Positions 1 through 15,197 of a stretch of DNA of 64,000 nt are shown piece by piece; position 1 is the first letter of the stretch, and each line of letters starts with the position of its first letter. The notes under the pieces were generated by a model. The model saw only the letters and a program-made list of their open reading frames with translations. It had not been told where the DNA came from and ran no database searches. The stretch lies in the NCBI GenBank assembly GCA_016748015.1, contig JAAOMT010000772.1:189541-253540 (forward strand), in the 5' to 3' direction. Source of the stretch: Geosiphon pyriformis uo1 (Eukaryota > Fungi > Glomeromycota). Both the position numbers and the translations under genes were made by a program.

Positions 1-3000
1 TCTGTAATTATTAATAAAATAAAATTGTTATTATTATTTTATGTTTCAATTCAGCAATTTTTAAAATTAATAACAGGTATTATTGTGCTTTTTAATTATT
101 TTTTTATTCAATAAATTATAAGAGTAAGCAATTGCTTTTTAGACTAATTCTTAACAAATACAAATAAAAAAAAGAAAAGATAAGATATAAGAGTATTAAT
201 AAGTAATCTTTTATTCCAAAATACTCAGATACTTAAAAATAAGAAAAAAAAATAAACAATATAAAAGAAAGTAATTAATAGTGAGTTTTATTTTATTATT
301 TTAATTATGTTTTTTTATTGTTAAAAGATTTATTACTTATATAGCTATTAAAAGTGATTAATAACCAGATTAATAATCATTATCTAAAAATAAAATGGTT
401 AATTATGTAACATTAATGGCTAATATATATAATAACTAATAAAAAACTATGGTTTTTAACTATAATATTATTTTTTTTAAAGAGATTGAACTCTAGTAAA
501 ATCAAGCTATTTATAAGATAATTTAATTAAAAGATTTTATTTAATTTGAAACTAACTAATTTGGTAAAGTTTTTCGTAAATAAAGTATATAATACCTAAA
601 ATAAAATAAGCTTTGTATCTAAGAGATCAAATTTTTATATAAAAGTTTTGGCTTTTTTAGCAATAATTAAAACTTTTAGAATATCTAATTATATAATGTT
701 CAGAATTTTTATTTGTATTTCTAAAGTTGTTTTCTTTATAAATTTTATGTCTTTTATGATTTTACTAAGTTAATTATAGAACTTTAATTGTTTTTCATAT
801 GACAGATTTTTGTTTATGAACAAAATTTCTTTAATTTTTCTTTTAAGTAGATTAAAAAATAATAATATGCTTGCTATTATGCTTTTAAGCATATATTTAT
901 TTATTTTGCTACCAATTTTTTTTTAATAGTAGTTTATTTTGGTCTAATAATAGTATATATTCTATTGTTATTAGTTATAGTTGTTTGTTTTTTGATAATT
1001 AAAGTAGTATTTAGATAATTTTTAATTTAATACTTATAGAAAATATAGAAAACATTTTAAATGTTTTGATTCAGAAAATAATTGTTTATGTTAATTGAAA
1101 ATATTTTTGTTTTGAAAATAGTATATTTATTTATATCTGATTTTTGCTAATTATTTGGGTCAATATTACCACAAAAAATAACCAATTAAATTATTTGTAA
1201 TATTTTTTGAGTTATGTATTATAAACAAGATAATCATTAAAGATTATTCTATATTGATCTTGTAAAATATAGGAACCATTATTTAAAATTTTGTTGACTA
1301 AAAAAGATTTTTTTCACCAATTAGAAAATTTATTACCATAGATATTGTCTTTGTCTAAATAGTATTTTAAAATTAAGTCACCAATACTTAAAAAAAGTAT
1401 TTTATATATTTTTTTTTCTTAAGCTTTTTTTGAAACTGTTTTATCTTTTTAAAGGCAATTATTTATGTCTTTACCAAAGAGTTAAAAATAATATTAAGTC
1501 TTTTTTGTAAAATGTTTTTGTAATTCTTTATTGTCATTTTTTTAAAGAATATTATTTTAATATTAGTTTTTATTAGTAATATTATTATTTGTTTATAAAA
1601 TAGATAAAAAAGTTTATAATTTGTTATATTATAATTTACAGTCTTATAAATAAACAAAGCTAAAGGCAGTATTTTGTTTCATAAGTTTGTTTCTTTACTA
1701 GTTTTGGCTAAAATTTTATATAATATTCTGTTAAAATATTCTATTAGACTCTTTGTTTAAGAGTAATAAAAGGAAAAAAGTTTATAATATATTTTCATTT
1801 TTCTATAAAGTTCTTTAACTAATGTACTAAGAAAAGTTTTTCTTCTGTTAAATAAAAATTCTTTGAAGCAGTCATAGTAACAAATAATATTTTCATAAAT
1901 AAAGTTAGCAATAAAAACTGTTGTTTAATTTGAGATGGCTTTTGCTTTTATTTACTTTGTAAGATAGTTAGTAACTGTAATAATATATCTGTTGTCTTTA
2001 GAAGTTATTGTTAAAGATCTAATAACATTTATACTAATTTTGTTAAATAATTGACCAACAGAAATTGAATTGATGTTTTCTTTGTAATTGAGTTTTCTTT
2101 TTCTTTAATAAGTATCACAGGTTTTGATCTATTCAGCAATATTTTTTTTCAAAATAGACCAATAATAGTAAGTAAAGTTTTCTGAATTATTTTTGTTTTT
2201 TTAAAGTATTTAGTTAATAAATTAATATACATATTATAGATTACAATTTTTCGTTTTTTTAATCTAATGATTCTTTAAAAATAGTTATAATTTTTTTTAT
2301 ATAATTGGTTCTGATAGATTAAATAAAAATTTTATTGTTTTTACAATTGTTTTTTTTGCTGTTAAGTATATTTTAGTAAGTATTGTTTTTTACCCAAAAA
2401 TTTTATTAGTGCAGAATAATTGTTCAAATCTATTATCATGTTTAGTTAAGAAAAAATTACTAATAATTAGGTTGGTTTAGTTTGAAAAAGTTGTATTATT
2501 ACTTAATAATATGTTTAAAGAAAATATTGGTATTTTAATGATAAGCTTTTTTAAATATTGTATATTATAGTCAAATTTATTTAAGTAGAATATCTAGCAA
2601 GTTATTTGTTTGTGTTTCAGCTTTTTTTTATATAATTAAACCAAAACTTGATGATCTGTTATTATCAGAAATTTGGCACCAAGAAAATATTTATTCTAAT
2701 AATTGGTAATTTATACAACTACTAAATATTTTTGTTCAGTAATTGAATAGTTTTGTTTTGCTGAGAAAAATAATTGATTGACATAAGCTATAACATATTT
2801 TTTGCCATTTTTATTTTTCTGGAAGAGAATAACACCAAATTTAAAACCAAATGTATTAGTATAAAAGATAAAAAGTTAATCTAAATTAGATTATTTAAGA
2901 ATAAATTCTCTAACCAATTTTTTTTTAAAGTTTTAAATGTTTTTTATTAATATGTACTTTAGTAATAATTGATATTTTTCTGAGTAGTTGATTGAAAAAA

Positions 3001-3100
3001 GAGACAATTTTAAAGAAATTTTTAACAAATTTGTAATAATAAGATGTTAAACTAAGAAAAAAATATAATTTATGAATATTTATTGATTGTTTAATATTTT
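1..3100 (-). mobile_element. Highly eroded Ty3/Gypsy-like LTR retrotransposon relic
   Basis: Residual nucleotide similarity to the 49.7-59.5 kb Gypsy. An LTR-end/PPT-like junction at ~461-510 (tataata tta tttttttt...gattgaactctagtaaaatcaagc) resembles 50621-50670, and cacaggttttgatc at ~2116 resembles the CDQTCQ segment at ~55650. Extremely AT-rich, no ORFs; boundaries approximate. Confidence 0.45.
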
Positions 3101-3249
3101 GGACTTTTTTAATCTTGGCTAAATCAGAGAAAATTTTATCTTTTATAATAAAATAACCAAAAAACTAAGTAAATTAACATCTAAAAAAAATTTGATTGGA
3201 TTAATTTTGAAATTAGCATTTTTGAAAAGATTAAACACTTTTTGTAAGT

Positions 3250-6200
3250 GTTTAAAATATTTATCCAAACTCTTTTTTATTGTATAAAAACTGTATTTAA
3301 CTCTAAATACACATTAAAAATGTCTAATAAATTATCTAATATCTATATATTACTATGTTTTTAAAGTTTGTTAAGAATATCAGAAAGACCAGCAGCTTTT
3401 TTATCAGGCAGATTCTTAATTATTTGTAGGAATTTATTAAGATTGATATTACATATTACCTCCAAAAAAACATCATTATCAACATAGTCTAAGAAAGCAT
3501 ATTGGTTAGACTATTAGTCTGATAAAATACTAAGCACTATATGTTTTTTTGATTATTTTTCTATGATTATATTAATATTAGACTTAATTTTACAGAGCTC
3601 CAAAACCAAAATGTTATTTACTATCAAGTAATTGAATACTATTTTTTTAATTAGATGTTTTAAAAGGCTTCTAATCATATGCTCTTTATTAAAACAAAAG
3701 TTTTTTATATGTTTTTTTATTACTTTTCTAATAAAATTATCTTTAGTTACTTCAGATTTATGATAGTTAAATTTGTAATATTTTTTTTAATACTTGATAA
3801 ATAACAGAGAACCTTATCTGTTTTTTTATTATTGCTAATCATAATTTCTATTTTGGAGACTTTTTCTTTATCTATAACAGTCTAAATACTAAGAAAACAA
3901 TTAGTCTTTCTAAAACAAATTGAATTCAAACTTTTCATAATCTTAACTACTAATAGTTTTAGCTTAAAAAACTTGAATAATTGTTTTTTAAACATTTGTA
4001 TTTACTAAATTAATGTTTAAAAAAAATTTTATTGGCAAAATCTATTACTATTTAGATTTGCACAGCTTTTTGCATTATTAAAATCTGCCATATTTAACAA
4101 AAATTTTTTCAAAGAACACTCTTTAAACTATAACCACTTAGTAGTATTAGCATTTTTAATTTTGAATTTCTATTTATTTTTGTTGGTTTATTTGCATATG
4201 TTATTCAAATAAATATCTAAAAAACTACTTAGTCTAATTAAAACTAAAACTGTCTTGTAATTTATATTAAAAAAGTTTAATACAGATTTGACTCATAACT
4301 AACAACTACAAATAATAAATTTTTGCTAACAAAAATGCAATCTATAATCTTTTTAACACTTCTTAAATTGTTTTAAATATAAGCTTTGACTAATAAATAT
4401 CTGTTAAATGAATTGACCAAGCCCAAATTCAAATAAAACTTGAAACTTACACTTTTTCTGGATCTATTTTTATTGAAATCCCTACCCAAAATTATAAAAG
4501 TACTAAAGTTGACTGTTTTAACAATAAAAAAATTCACTTTTACAGTCTGATCTAGTCTTGTTTCAGAAAAAATGCCAGTATATAAACCCATAATTGTAAT
4601 TAAAAACTTGTTTTTAAAAAAAAACTGTACTAAAATAATCTAATCAGAAACTTTTTTTATCTTTAAAACATGCCAAGTCAAAAAATTGTTCATAATAATA
4701 ATTATTTTAGTGCTAAAAAAACTTTTTTTTTAAACTGAATATAAAAATTTACACTCCATTAAACTTATTTATAATTTATAGCTTAACACTAGATCTTAAC
4801 TTTATTTCTGTAACAATAAAAACCATATTATTCAAACTTTTATACTAATAAATAACATTTTTCTGTTTTGTAAACACATTAATACCCTAAATATTACACA
4901 TAACAAACTTTTATATTAAATTAATCATTAAAATAATGAGAGCATTAGAGAGTTCAAGCCAAAATACAACTGATCTAATCTTACTAAAACCAAATTAATT
5001 AAGATTTTAAAAACCACTATTTTTATTTCCAAACCATTTATCTTGGTAATTAAAATTTTTGATCTACTTAAACCCAAATTTGAAATTTTTTTATTCATAA
5101 CTAAAGGAAAAAAAACAGATAATACAGATGAATTATTCAAAACCATATCTAAATCTAAATTCAAATTCAATAGTACAGATATAGTAGGAAAAAAAAATTG
5201 AAAAATAAGTGCCAAAGATATCAGATCTATAAAGCTTAATTTTTACACAATACTAGATACTTAATCTGTCAAAAGCTTTAAGAAATATTTTAAAAAGACC
5301 AAATAAGCATTCAAAAAAAAATTATTTAGTAAAATAAAAAAAATTTTTTTATTAGAACCTAAAGCATTAAAAAAAGAAAAGCCAAAACAAGAACCAAAGA
5401 ACAAATTATTAAAAATAGAAGCTGTCAAGACTATTTGAGCCCATAACTTATCACTAAAAACAGTAAGACAAGAGATATAAACATTTTTTTGGCATATAAT
5501 TTAACTAGCTAAAGACAATTTTTATCTGAAACAAACTTTTTAAATACTTTTAAAGATAGAAAAATAGAAGAATTAGAAATACTGCACTCCAAAGCAAAAT
5601 AATCAATATATTTTTTACATTAAACCAAATCTAATTTAGCCTAAAAGAGTTTTATATTACCAAAAATCAGCTTTATGTAAAAAGCAGATTTTAGTTTCTT
5701 ATCTAACTTAAAACTAATCACAGTATAACAAACTTTGTTGCCAGTTTTAAATAATCAATTTATAATACAAGTTTTTTTATCAGTCTTTTTTAATAGATTA
5801 CTAAGATTATAAGCAGTTATTTTTATAAACAAAGTAAACAAAAATGCTCTAAAACAATTTTTTGACATTTAAACATTATAATCTCTCATAGTTTTTGTCA
5901 CATATATTGAATCTTTTTTAATTAAAAATAACTATTTAAATGTAAAATAATCAATTTGTCCTAATTTAGCAAATTTTACTATAACCTTTTGCTATAGCTT
6001 AATAAATTATAATTTAATTAATATAATTTGATCATATTTGGATATTGCAGCAATAATTATTTTTTTTGGCATATTTATGAAAATTTTTTTAATTACCAAA
6101 GTTCAATCTGAGTGCATTTTTTGTCTTTTAACATTATTATTTACAATAATTTCTTTATTTTTAGCCAATAATACAGTCTTTTCATATTTTTTTCTAATGT

Positions 6201-6900
6201 AAATATTAATTAAATAATCTTTTCAAATTTTGAAAAGGTAGTAATTCTTCTAAAATTATTAATTGTTGAAAATAGTTTTTTAATCATCTGAGTTTTTATT
6301 ATTATTGACTTTTTTTCTACAGTTAAAATATTAATATTAAAAGCAAAAAACTTTTTAATAGGTATTTTTACTTGAGTTTTGGTAATTTTAAAATCAATTC
6401 ATTTTCTGTCTAATAAAATACTAAGAAAAAACAGAAGAAGTTTGATTTTTTCATCTATATTAAAATTAATAAAACCAAAAAAAGAGCCAAAAATCACAGT
6501 AAAAGCTATTTTTCTAGTTTTAGGAGTGATAATAGTTGAACCAAAAAAAACTATCACCAATACCAGTTACAGAACTATTATATTCACTATTACTAGAATT
6601 ATCATCCATATTTAAAAACATATTATTGCCAAAATCAGACTTGACTAAAAAAATGTTCTTCTCATTATCAAAGTGTTTGACATTATCAAGAATAATTTTT
6701 TTTTAAAAAAATAAACCACCAACAAAACCATAAAAAGTCTCTTTGGGCACTTTTTTCTTAGACATATTGCCACTTGAAGCAGTTTTTAAGTTTACAACAA
6801 AAAGGTTATTAAATTGAGAAATATTAATAAAGATAACAAGAGAAAAACAAAAATTTCTTTATCAAAATTAAGTTTTTTGGAGAATTTGAGACATAAAAAA
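3250..6900 (-). mobile_element. Degenerate LINE (ORF1 + APE endonuclease + start of RT, 3' truncated)
   Basis: 4373-4591 (GLYTG...ILGRDFNKN) matches the LINE APE segment GLYIG...LRGDFNENG at 46310-46573. 4928-5215 matches the ORF1 C-terminus (KINGLEIKIVVFKILINLVLVRLDQL). ORF1 start MSKKKVPK at ~6766. NLPDKKAAGLS at ~3385-3415 matches the pre-RT segment. Confidence 0.8.
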
Positions 6901-9287
6901 AAAAAAGTTTTAAACAAAATTCTTTTTTATCATGTTTTTTAATTAAATTTTGTTAATTTAATAAATTAAAAATAATAATAAAATCTATAATACATTCTTA
7001 ATTATTAATATTTTAAAATTAATAATTAATTTTTTTGAATTATTAAATAAAATATAGTTTATTTATATATATTAAAAATATGCTTTATAATAAATATAAT
7101 TAACTACTTAAATTAATTAAAAATATATTAAATTATATTTACAAAAAACAGAATTTATAAATCTAAACTAATTAATTTTAATATATATAAATATTATATA
7201 TATTTGGTTTTAATTTTATAAGATTTAGACAATTAAACTAAAAATAAATTTATTTAACATGTTTTATTAAAGCAATATATACAATATTATTATTGTTAAT
7301 TAATTTGCTTTTTATGTTTTACTTGTACTTTTTTTATGGTTTATAATAAAAAAGTTAAAGTTTAATATTTAAACCCAATTTTTTATATTTTAATTTAAAT
7401 TATCATATTTAAATAAATATATAAAAATAATAACAATAAAAACACATTTATAATTTATAATTATTATTATTTAAACATAATAAGTTATTTATATTTGTAA
7501 ATGCATTTTAGAAAATCTACAATACAAATTTTTAAAAATTAAATATTTAGTCATGTAAAAAGTACATAAATTACATTTATTTTAAATTATACTTAATAAG
7601 CATAAATATAAATTTCAAATCAGACTTGGAAGTTTCAACAATATATCAATCAGTTTCTTGAAGATGTACGTAATTGAGTTGAGATTCCACTTTTGTTCGC
7701 AAATCCTTTATTACAGGAAGATTTATTCTTATTACCATGAAGCTCACGATATATTGCCCAACAAGTGTTTAAACGCAGGTAAGTTTTTTGTATATATATT
7801 AACTAATTTCTTATATTTATACTAATTTTTTTATGAATAGCGCTGCCCACTTAGAGACATAAATCTACTGGCATTGATCTTGAACGAACATTATAATAGA
7901 CACTATAGTGTATATTTTTGAATCGATTATTTAGAAAGCACCAAGACGTATTGGATAGTGGATGGTAAATATTAGTTGCGAATTTCAAAGTGTTTGTTTA
8001 TTTTTTTACAATAATTCTTTGTTTATTTCACGTAGGACTTTTTTTTATATTGCTTATTAAAATGTAGTCCAACCGCTATTGTATCTATATACAACAAAAC
8101 TACATTATACTACCCTAAAACTAACTACTCCCAACACAAGTCATGATATAAAGGCATCTTTAACCAAAAAAGATAGTGACCAGGTTAAATTATGTCGAAA
8201 TTCAATGCGAATTTTGAATAATCTATTATACAGTGTGCCCAAGAACAAAAGCACGCATGTATTTAATACAATTTGTTAGCAATTATAAGTATTACTCTAC
8301 AAACAATACAGAATGTTCTATTTTTTATGTAAGCGGTTACATTGATATCAAATATTCAGTTCATCTTCTTCTCCTTGACCAGGTCATACGCAAGATTTAA
8401 CGATTTTGAGCAATTTTCAAAATGACATGGTAGACTTGATGAATTGGCAGGTACGAGAATTTATCGATATTGATAATGACTTGTTTTTGTTACAGATGGA
8501 TGTTTTTGTCAACAGTCAAACCAGTTATAAAGCTTCTTACATGATTAAAGATAACCATGTCACCACAACTCTAATACAAGAAACACTAAAAAAGAGAAAT
8601 CATATTCTGAAATCTTTATCAATTAATTGGTTTATTTAGGTAAAAATATAAAGTTATGAATTAGGTCACAAAATGTTTTTTGGGTGAATCTGATTATGAG
8701 ATACGAAATTGCCATGTGTTCAAAAAATGATATATTGAAACATGTCACTGTATTATGAGGAACGAATTAATAAAACTCAAAAATGAGATTGTTTTCCAGG
8801 TGTATGTCGTGTTACTTGGGAATTTTCCATAATGAGTTAAAATCAACGATTTTCAAAGAAGCACAGCAAAGCAACTCTCGGAGTATCCACTGTATGTCGC
8901 GTAAGACCGACAAGTTTTTTGCCCCAATACAAACCTCGAGTTACTTCTCTGGACTGTTTAACTAATATCTACTTTGGTTTTCCGCTTTTTGCCAATTTTC
9001 TGATTAGAAAAACAGAAGAGGCTAAACACCCAAGGAGAGACCTTCCCTGACTAAATCTCGCTCTCATCTTCATACCTCACACAACTCATCTCCTTTCCCC
9101 ATCCTGCGAGACTTTGGGCTCTCAAAAATATAGTTGACTCTATACCTCCCACTCGATTTAGTCATCCAAAGCAAACAAACACTCTTTTATCAATTGATAC
9201 AAAATACAACCTCTTTTCTTAACAAAAAACACCCCATGATTAATCATTAAATATTGGGAAAAATAAATAAATACAGCACAATAAATT

Positions 9288-12200
9288 ATGACATTTTTAT
9301 CGAAACCCAAAAAGCAGCACCAAAGCACTCCAGTTTATCCCTGGTCACAAAAGAGACTTAGCATTTCAAACCCGTTTCCAAGATATGGGCACTCTGCAAG
9401 CCAGAATGCACACAAAAATGAGATTTTTATATTTGGTGGAATCGCAAAAGGAAAGGCGAGAAACGAAGTGTTCGTGATGGAAGCCAGTAAGTTTCCTCAC
9501 AAATATATTCTGAAGATTTCATAAGCAGTCTGGGTCAATAGAGGAATAAAATATTCGTTCAATGCGAAATACATTTGATATAATTATAGCATTTATACAT
9601 ATTAGAATTTTGACGTCATATTTAACTTTCAGACACACTCAATGTTCTCGCCTTCGTGACTTCGGGAACTATTCCGTCACCGCGAAGTCTACATACCCAC
9701 GTAAACATAGGTGATAATATGATCGGTAAGCCATAGTTGAATATATATGAATTAACAAAAAATCGACAAGAAATCAACCAATTAATTTTTCTTAAATTAA
9801 TCATCTCAAGTTTGGGGCGGAATACCACAAAATCATGAAGAAAAGCCTGACCAAAATTTATATATACTGAATACAGGTATTTTTTTCAGTCAAAAATTTT
9901 CTTCAATATTTTAAAGATCCATATCCAATTAATTAACTCCAAAAATAATAGTCTCAAAAGTATGGAGAAAACCAAAAGTTCATGGGGACATTCCCATTGG
10001 TCGTTCTGGACATTCGGCGACCGTTTTGGGTACCACAATGTTTGTTTTTGGAGGTCAGACAGATGATTACTATTTAAATGACTTGGTAACCTTTGATATC
10101 ACGACACGTAAGTAAATAAATTTATTCTATAATAGATAATTTTCTTTGCAAAATTTAATTCGAGTCTTTTAAGGAATAAAAATCCACACATTTCGATATT
10201 TATAGACATTTATTAACCCTTAAAATTTTCGTCATAATAGTAAATTCCCCGACACCTAGATGGAAAACAGAAGTTCCGACCAATCAGCCACCTAATGGGC
10301 GAGCGGGACACATCGCTTGCGCATATAATGATAAAATTTATGTATTTGGTGGAGCAGATGGGGAAAGATATTACAACGATACATGGTGCTATGACATTCG
10401 CAATAAAACCTGGTCAGAACTAGCATGTATTGGCTATATTCCTATTCCAAGAGCAGGACATGGTGCTACTCTAGTGGATGATGTCGTTTATGTTTTTGGA
10501 GGCAGAGGACAAAATGGCGAAGATTTATATGATTTGGCTGCCTTCCGGATCAGTAGTACGTTTTCGGCGAAAGACTTGGGATTCTAATTAGTTAGAAACT
10601 TTATTTTAACTCAATGAATAATTTGTATTTTTCAAAGATCATCGATGGTATATGTTCCAAAAAATGGGACCTTCCCCGAGCCCACGTTTTGGATTGGCAA
10701 TGGCAGCTGCACGCGAAAAAATTTTTGTTTTGGGTGGTGATTCATCCCAATTACCCAAACCAGATGAAGAATTTTCAATACACGTATTAGATACATGTAA
10801 ATATATCGTCAAGTTTAAGCCTTTTTTTTTTAAAAATAGAAATTATTTTTTAATGTATATTTGTTCTTTTATGACTCTAAATTCTTAGTAAAAATTAAGT
10901 ACCCGAATGATTCTTCAAAAGGACCATCAACACAGTCTAAGCAGCAGCTTAAAAATAATGGATATTCGCTATCATCTGAGAGAAGTTTAGAAAGTAGTCG
11001 ACCATCACCGTCACCGTCACCATCTGCTGCAAATTTTCAGTTTTCAAACGTGCGTAGCCCTTCATTAGAAAATTCTCGTGGTGTAAATCAACCTCCTGGA
11101 TCTTTACCGAAAGGAATAAGTCCCAACAATATGCAAGTAACTTATGAAGATGATGCTTTTTATCAACGTCCTATTATGTCACCCTCACGCCCTGATGCTA
11201 GTTTTTATGACGGACGATCTTCAAATTCTGAGGCACGAGGACCGCCTTCCTCAAGAGCCTTAAATGGCCCTGAATCTCAAGTTCAACAACCTCCCAGACA
11301 AGGATCACCCCGCATAATTGGCCAAGATTCTCAACTAATGCAGAGACAAGGATCACCCCATTCGAGAGGTCCAGAACCTGCTGCATCTCAAGGATCCCCT
11401 AAACTGCCAACTGAAAATGATGGAAACTTAACACCTTCACCTCGAATGGCACATCAGGAGATCAGTCGTAGTCCTGGTCCTAACAAACGTCAGTTAACTG
11501 GTTCTTCACCAGTTTCTAGAAGTCCCTCAGATATGGAAGTGAATGGAGTGCCACTAAGAAGTCCTCCAATAAACAATGGCAATCGAACAGGCCCTGAGCA
11601 GGGTCGATATCTGGAAGGTGGGACAGGAAATAACAAAGGAAACTATCCTGATAATCGTTTCATTGACAAAGAACTATCAAGCACACCACCACCCTATGGA
11701 CAATCATCAAATTTTGAATTTTCTGATTCAAGACATGTACACCAACAACGTAGTATGGATAGTTTTGGTGAAATAATCGGTGTTGGTGGTGGTGCAGAAA
11801 AAAGACCTCGGATTATGTCACCTGAAAAAACCCCTACTCTTGTAAGTGCAAGTCCTGCGTTATATCAATCCGATTTTCAAAATCCTCGACAAGCTCCACG
11901 TCCTCCTACATCATCCAATTCCTCGACTGGTCGTAGTGGTGACTTATTATTTGGCGTTTCACCTAATCCATCTGCTCAATCACCATTAGCAATTACGACA
12001 GCTCAGTTACCACTTCATAGTATGCTTTATGGTGGTGGTCCAACATCACCTAGCGAAGAGAGCATCAACACCATTCGTTCACCTATTTTAACAAGCTTCG
12101 ATGACATGAATTTGGCCGATCAATTTCCAGCTCCAGTGTCAAATCAGGAACGTGATAATTTATTGAATGAATTAGCTCAGCGTGATACAAACATTGCTCA

Positions 12201-15197
12201 ATTAAAAAGACGTGAAAATTGGTTGAGAATTGAATTAGCTCTTGCGAGAAAGGCTGGATACACACCTGAGACTGATCGAGATAGAATTATCCCTGAAGGA
12301 ATTGATATAGAGCAATTAATGGATCTTGGAGAGAATGAGTCTGAAAAGTATAAAGTTTTGCAAGCAGTTGTTCGAGTAAAACAGGAATTAAAAAAGGCTA
12401 AGGTAAGCACTTTTAATCAAAAAACTATAAATATACGCATTCCATAAAATTTTAAAAAATATTGTTTCTATTACAGGCTTCGATAGCCAATCAAGCCCAA
12501 GCAGCTTCTCAGAAGATTGCCGAGTCTGAACGTGCACGTACTGCTGCTCTTCAAGAGGCTGCATATTTTAAAGCAAAATTGACTGCATTGACCAATGCTT
12601 CAGAAATTGAACTTGCTAGCATTGAGGTTGAACGTGCTCGAGAACTCGAGAAACGCTTAACAAAAACTTTGATGGAAAAAGAATCTCTCGAAGGGAAATT
12701 GATTCAATATCAGCAATCATCAAATTATGAAAAGACTTCTCGTGAATCCGCTGAAGAGCGCGAAAAGAGTGCAACAGCACGTGCTGAAGAGGCCGAAGAA
12801 GCTCACGCGGTTGCTTTAGCTGACTTGGCGACACTTCATTCCCGGGCAACCTTAGCAGAAACTCAACTTCGAGACCTAAATACGAAATTAGCCGAGGCAA
12901 ATTCTGAGTTATCCACATACCGATCAGAGACATCTAGCTCACGAAATCAGGTCATCAACCTTCAACAATCTCTTGAGCAACATCAACGAGGGCTTGAAAA
13001 GGCCAACAATGCCTTAATTGCCGCCAATGAACGTTCCAAAGAAACTGAGAATTTATGGCGTGAGGCTCGTCAGGAAATTATGGCTCTAGAAAAAGAAGCT
13101 GCTGGTCTTCGTGCTGAATTGGATGTTAAAATGCGTGACCTTGAGCGTGGTCGAGCCCGAGCGGAAGAGACCGAACGGTTATTTAAAAAATCTCAAAAAG
13201 AAGTTGACGCCGTTCGTGAAATGATGCAAGAAAGCATGACTGAATTATTGAACACATCTAGATCCACAGGTCATGGATTTAATGACGATGCTTCTGAAAA
13301 TATCACAAAGATTTCTCGATTACAAGAAGAATTAGCATCACTCAAAGCATTACAAATCGAGACACAAGCCAATGCTAATGACGCCTCCGATTCATTAGCT
13401 GAAGCAATGACAAAAATTTCGCAAATGGAAGCGACCAGCATGAAAGCAAGATCCGAGGTTACAGTCCTACAGCGAAAATTAGCCGAAACTTTGGATGAGG
13501 TGGCAAGGTCAAAGGATCAAATACGCGAAAAAGAACAAGAATTGCATAAAAAATCAAGAGCCCTTGAGGATGCTGAAGTCAAGGTCGGAATGATGAGGGA
13601 TGTAATGTCGGAAAAAGGAATGTTAGACGATGGTGCAGGTGGCAAAGGGATGGCTCTTCGTTACAAAGAGCTAGTATTTCGTTTCACAGAACTCGAGAAG
13701 GAGTACAACAGATTATTGTTAAAGGCAAAGGAAGATCAAGAGAAAGTAAAGATCCTAGAGGAAATTGATAGATCAAGTAGTTCTAGTTCAATTCGAGCAC
13801 CAGACACAAATATCGAAGGTGAGGATCAACGAAATAGCTTTGCTGGAGTAGACTCTGACCGAAAATTGAACGAGACACGGGATAGATTAAAACAAGTTGA
13901 AGCTGATTATCAGACAGCAGTTCACTATGTGAAAGGTACCGAGAAGATGCTGCGACGAATGAAAGAAGAATTGACCAGGACCAAAAAAGAAAACGTCAAG
14001 ATTAACGAAAAACTGACAACCATTCAAGAAAAGAATGAGGAGTTGGAGGAGAAATTGGCCGAGACTGAGGCTAACATGTCTGTTCGCAAAGGGGTTCGAG
14101 AGTCAAAAGTACAAGAATATGCGACCGCTCGACTTGAAGAACAAAGAAACGACTTTATTCGAGAGAAAGAAGGTTTCCAACAGCAAATTAATGAATTGCA
14201 AGCTCAACTTGAACGTGCGACCGATGAGAAAAACATGATGGATGCAGAATATAAGGTGCTCCGAAAAGAGTATGAAACGCTTCGCAAGGAGCATGATAAA
14301 TTGAAAAAAAGTGATGCACAGCTTCGAGAGCAAGCAGAAAATTCGGAGTCACACGTAGTGCGATTGAATGAAGCATTGGCTGCAGCTCAGACAGAGTTAG
14401 AAGATGCTTTGGCAATGAATACTGATTTGAAAAAAGAGCTCGAATCGGTGATCCGAAGGAAAAATGGCTCAACAGGAACCAATAGTGGAGAAGACATGGG
14501 CCAATATGAAAATGAATTGCAGCAATGGGAAGATCATCGGGCGAGGCTTGAACGAGAAATTTCTGAATCTCAATCTTGTAAATTGAAACTCGAAAAAGAA
14601 AACGCGGACTTGGAACAAAAATGGAAAGATGCCGAAAATAAGATAACAATATTGCTTGATCAGATGGAACATGCTGTTGATACTTATCGCGGTATCGAGG
14701 ATGAGATGAGAGACAGTAGTCCAAGAAGCAGTGGTGCACTTGATTCTTTAAACAATGAATTTGATATGTTAAAATCACGTTGGGATCCAAAATATCAAGA
14801 CACTGATCCCCCACAAAGTCCTAGCTCTGATGATTACATTGACTCCCGATGGAACCGAATAAGCGAGGATTTTAATGAAAGACATCTACCTTCACGAATT
14901 GAAGAATATGATGAAATGATGGCAGCATTAGATGAGGTACAAAAAGTAGCGGCAGCAAGAAAACTCGGTCATTTGGGTCCTTCGACAAACTTAGGATCGT
15001 CGTTGCCATCAGTATCTACAACCCCAAGTTCGCCAATGATAGGATATCATCAACATTCAGCTGCTCAGGCTGCGATAACACCAGCCAACGCAACAAAAAC
15101 TCCAAATCCAATTTATCATGGACCTAGTGTAATCGATCAAATTAGGGAAACGCTAAACCTTACCCCACCACCCTCCCCACCTGTTGTATCACCTTAA
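9288..15197 (+). CDS. KEL1: Kelch-repeat / long coiled-coil cell-polarity protein (Kel1/Kel2/Tea1 family), 8 exons
   Basis: Exons 9288-9486, 9633-9725, 9811-9876, 9952-10107, 10241-10555, 10638-10796, 10889-12402, 12477-15197, all GT-AG and phase-compatible. Kelch repeats PFPRYGHSA..IFIFGG, GRSGHSAT..MFVFGG, GRAGHIA..IYVFGG, PRAGHGA..VYVFGG, RWYMFQKMGPSPSPR, VLDT-KIKYP are followed by an S/P-rich linker and a long coiled coil. Confidence 0.9.

Noticed and set aside
11198-14814. Overlapping and antisense ORFs within KEL1 (likewise within the F-box and NRD1 genes)
   Set aside because: Shadow frames of long GC-richer exons with no independent motifs.
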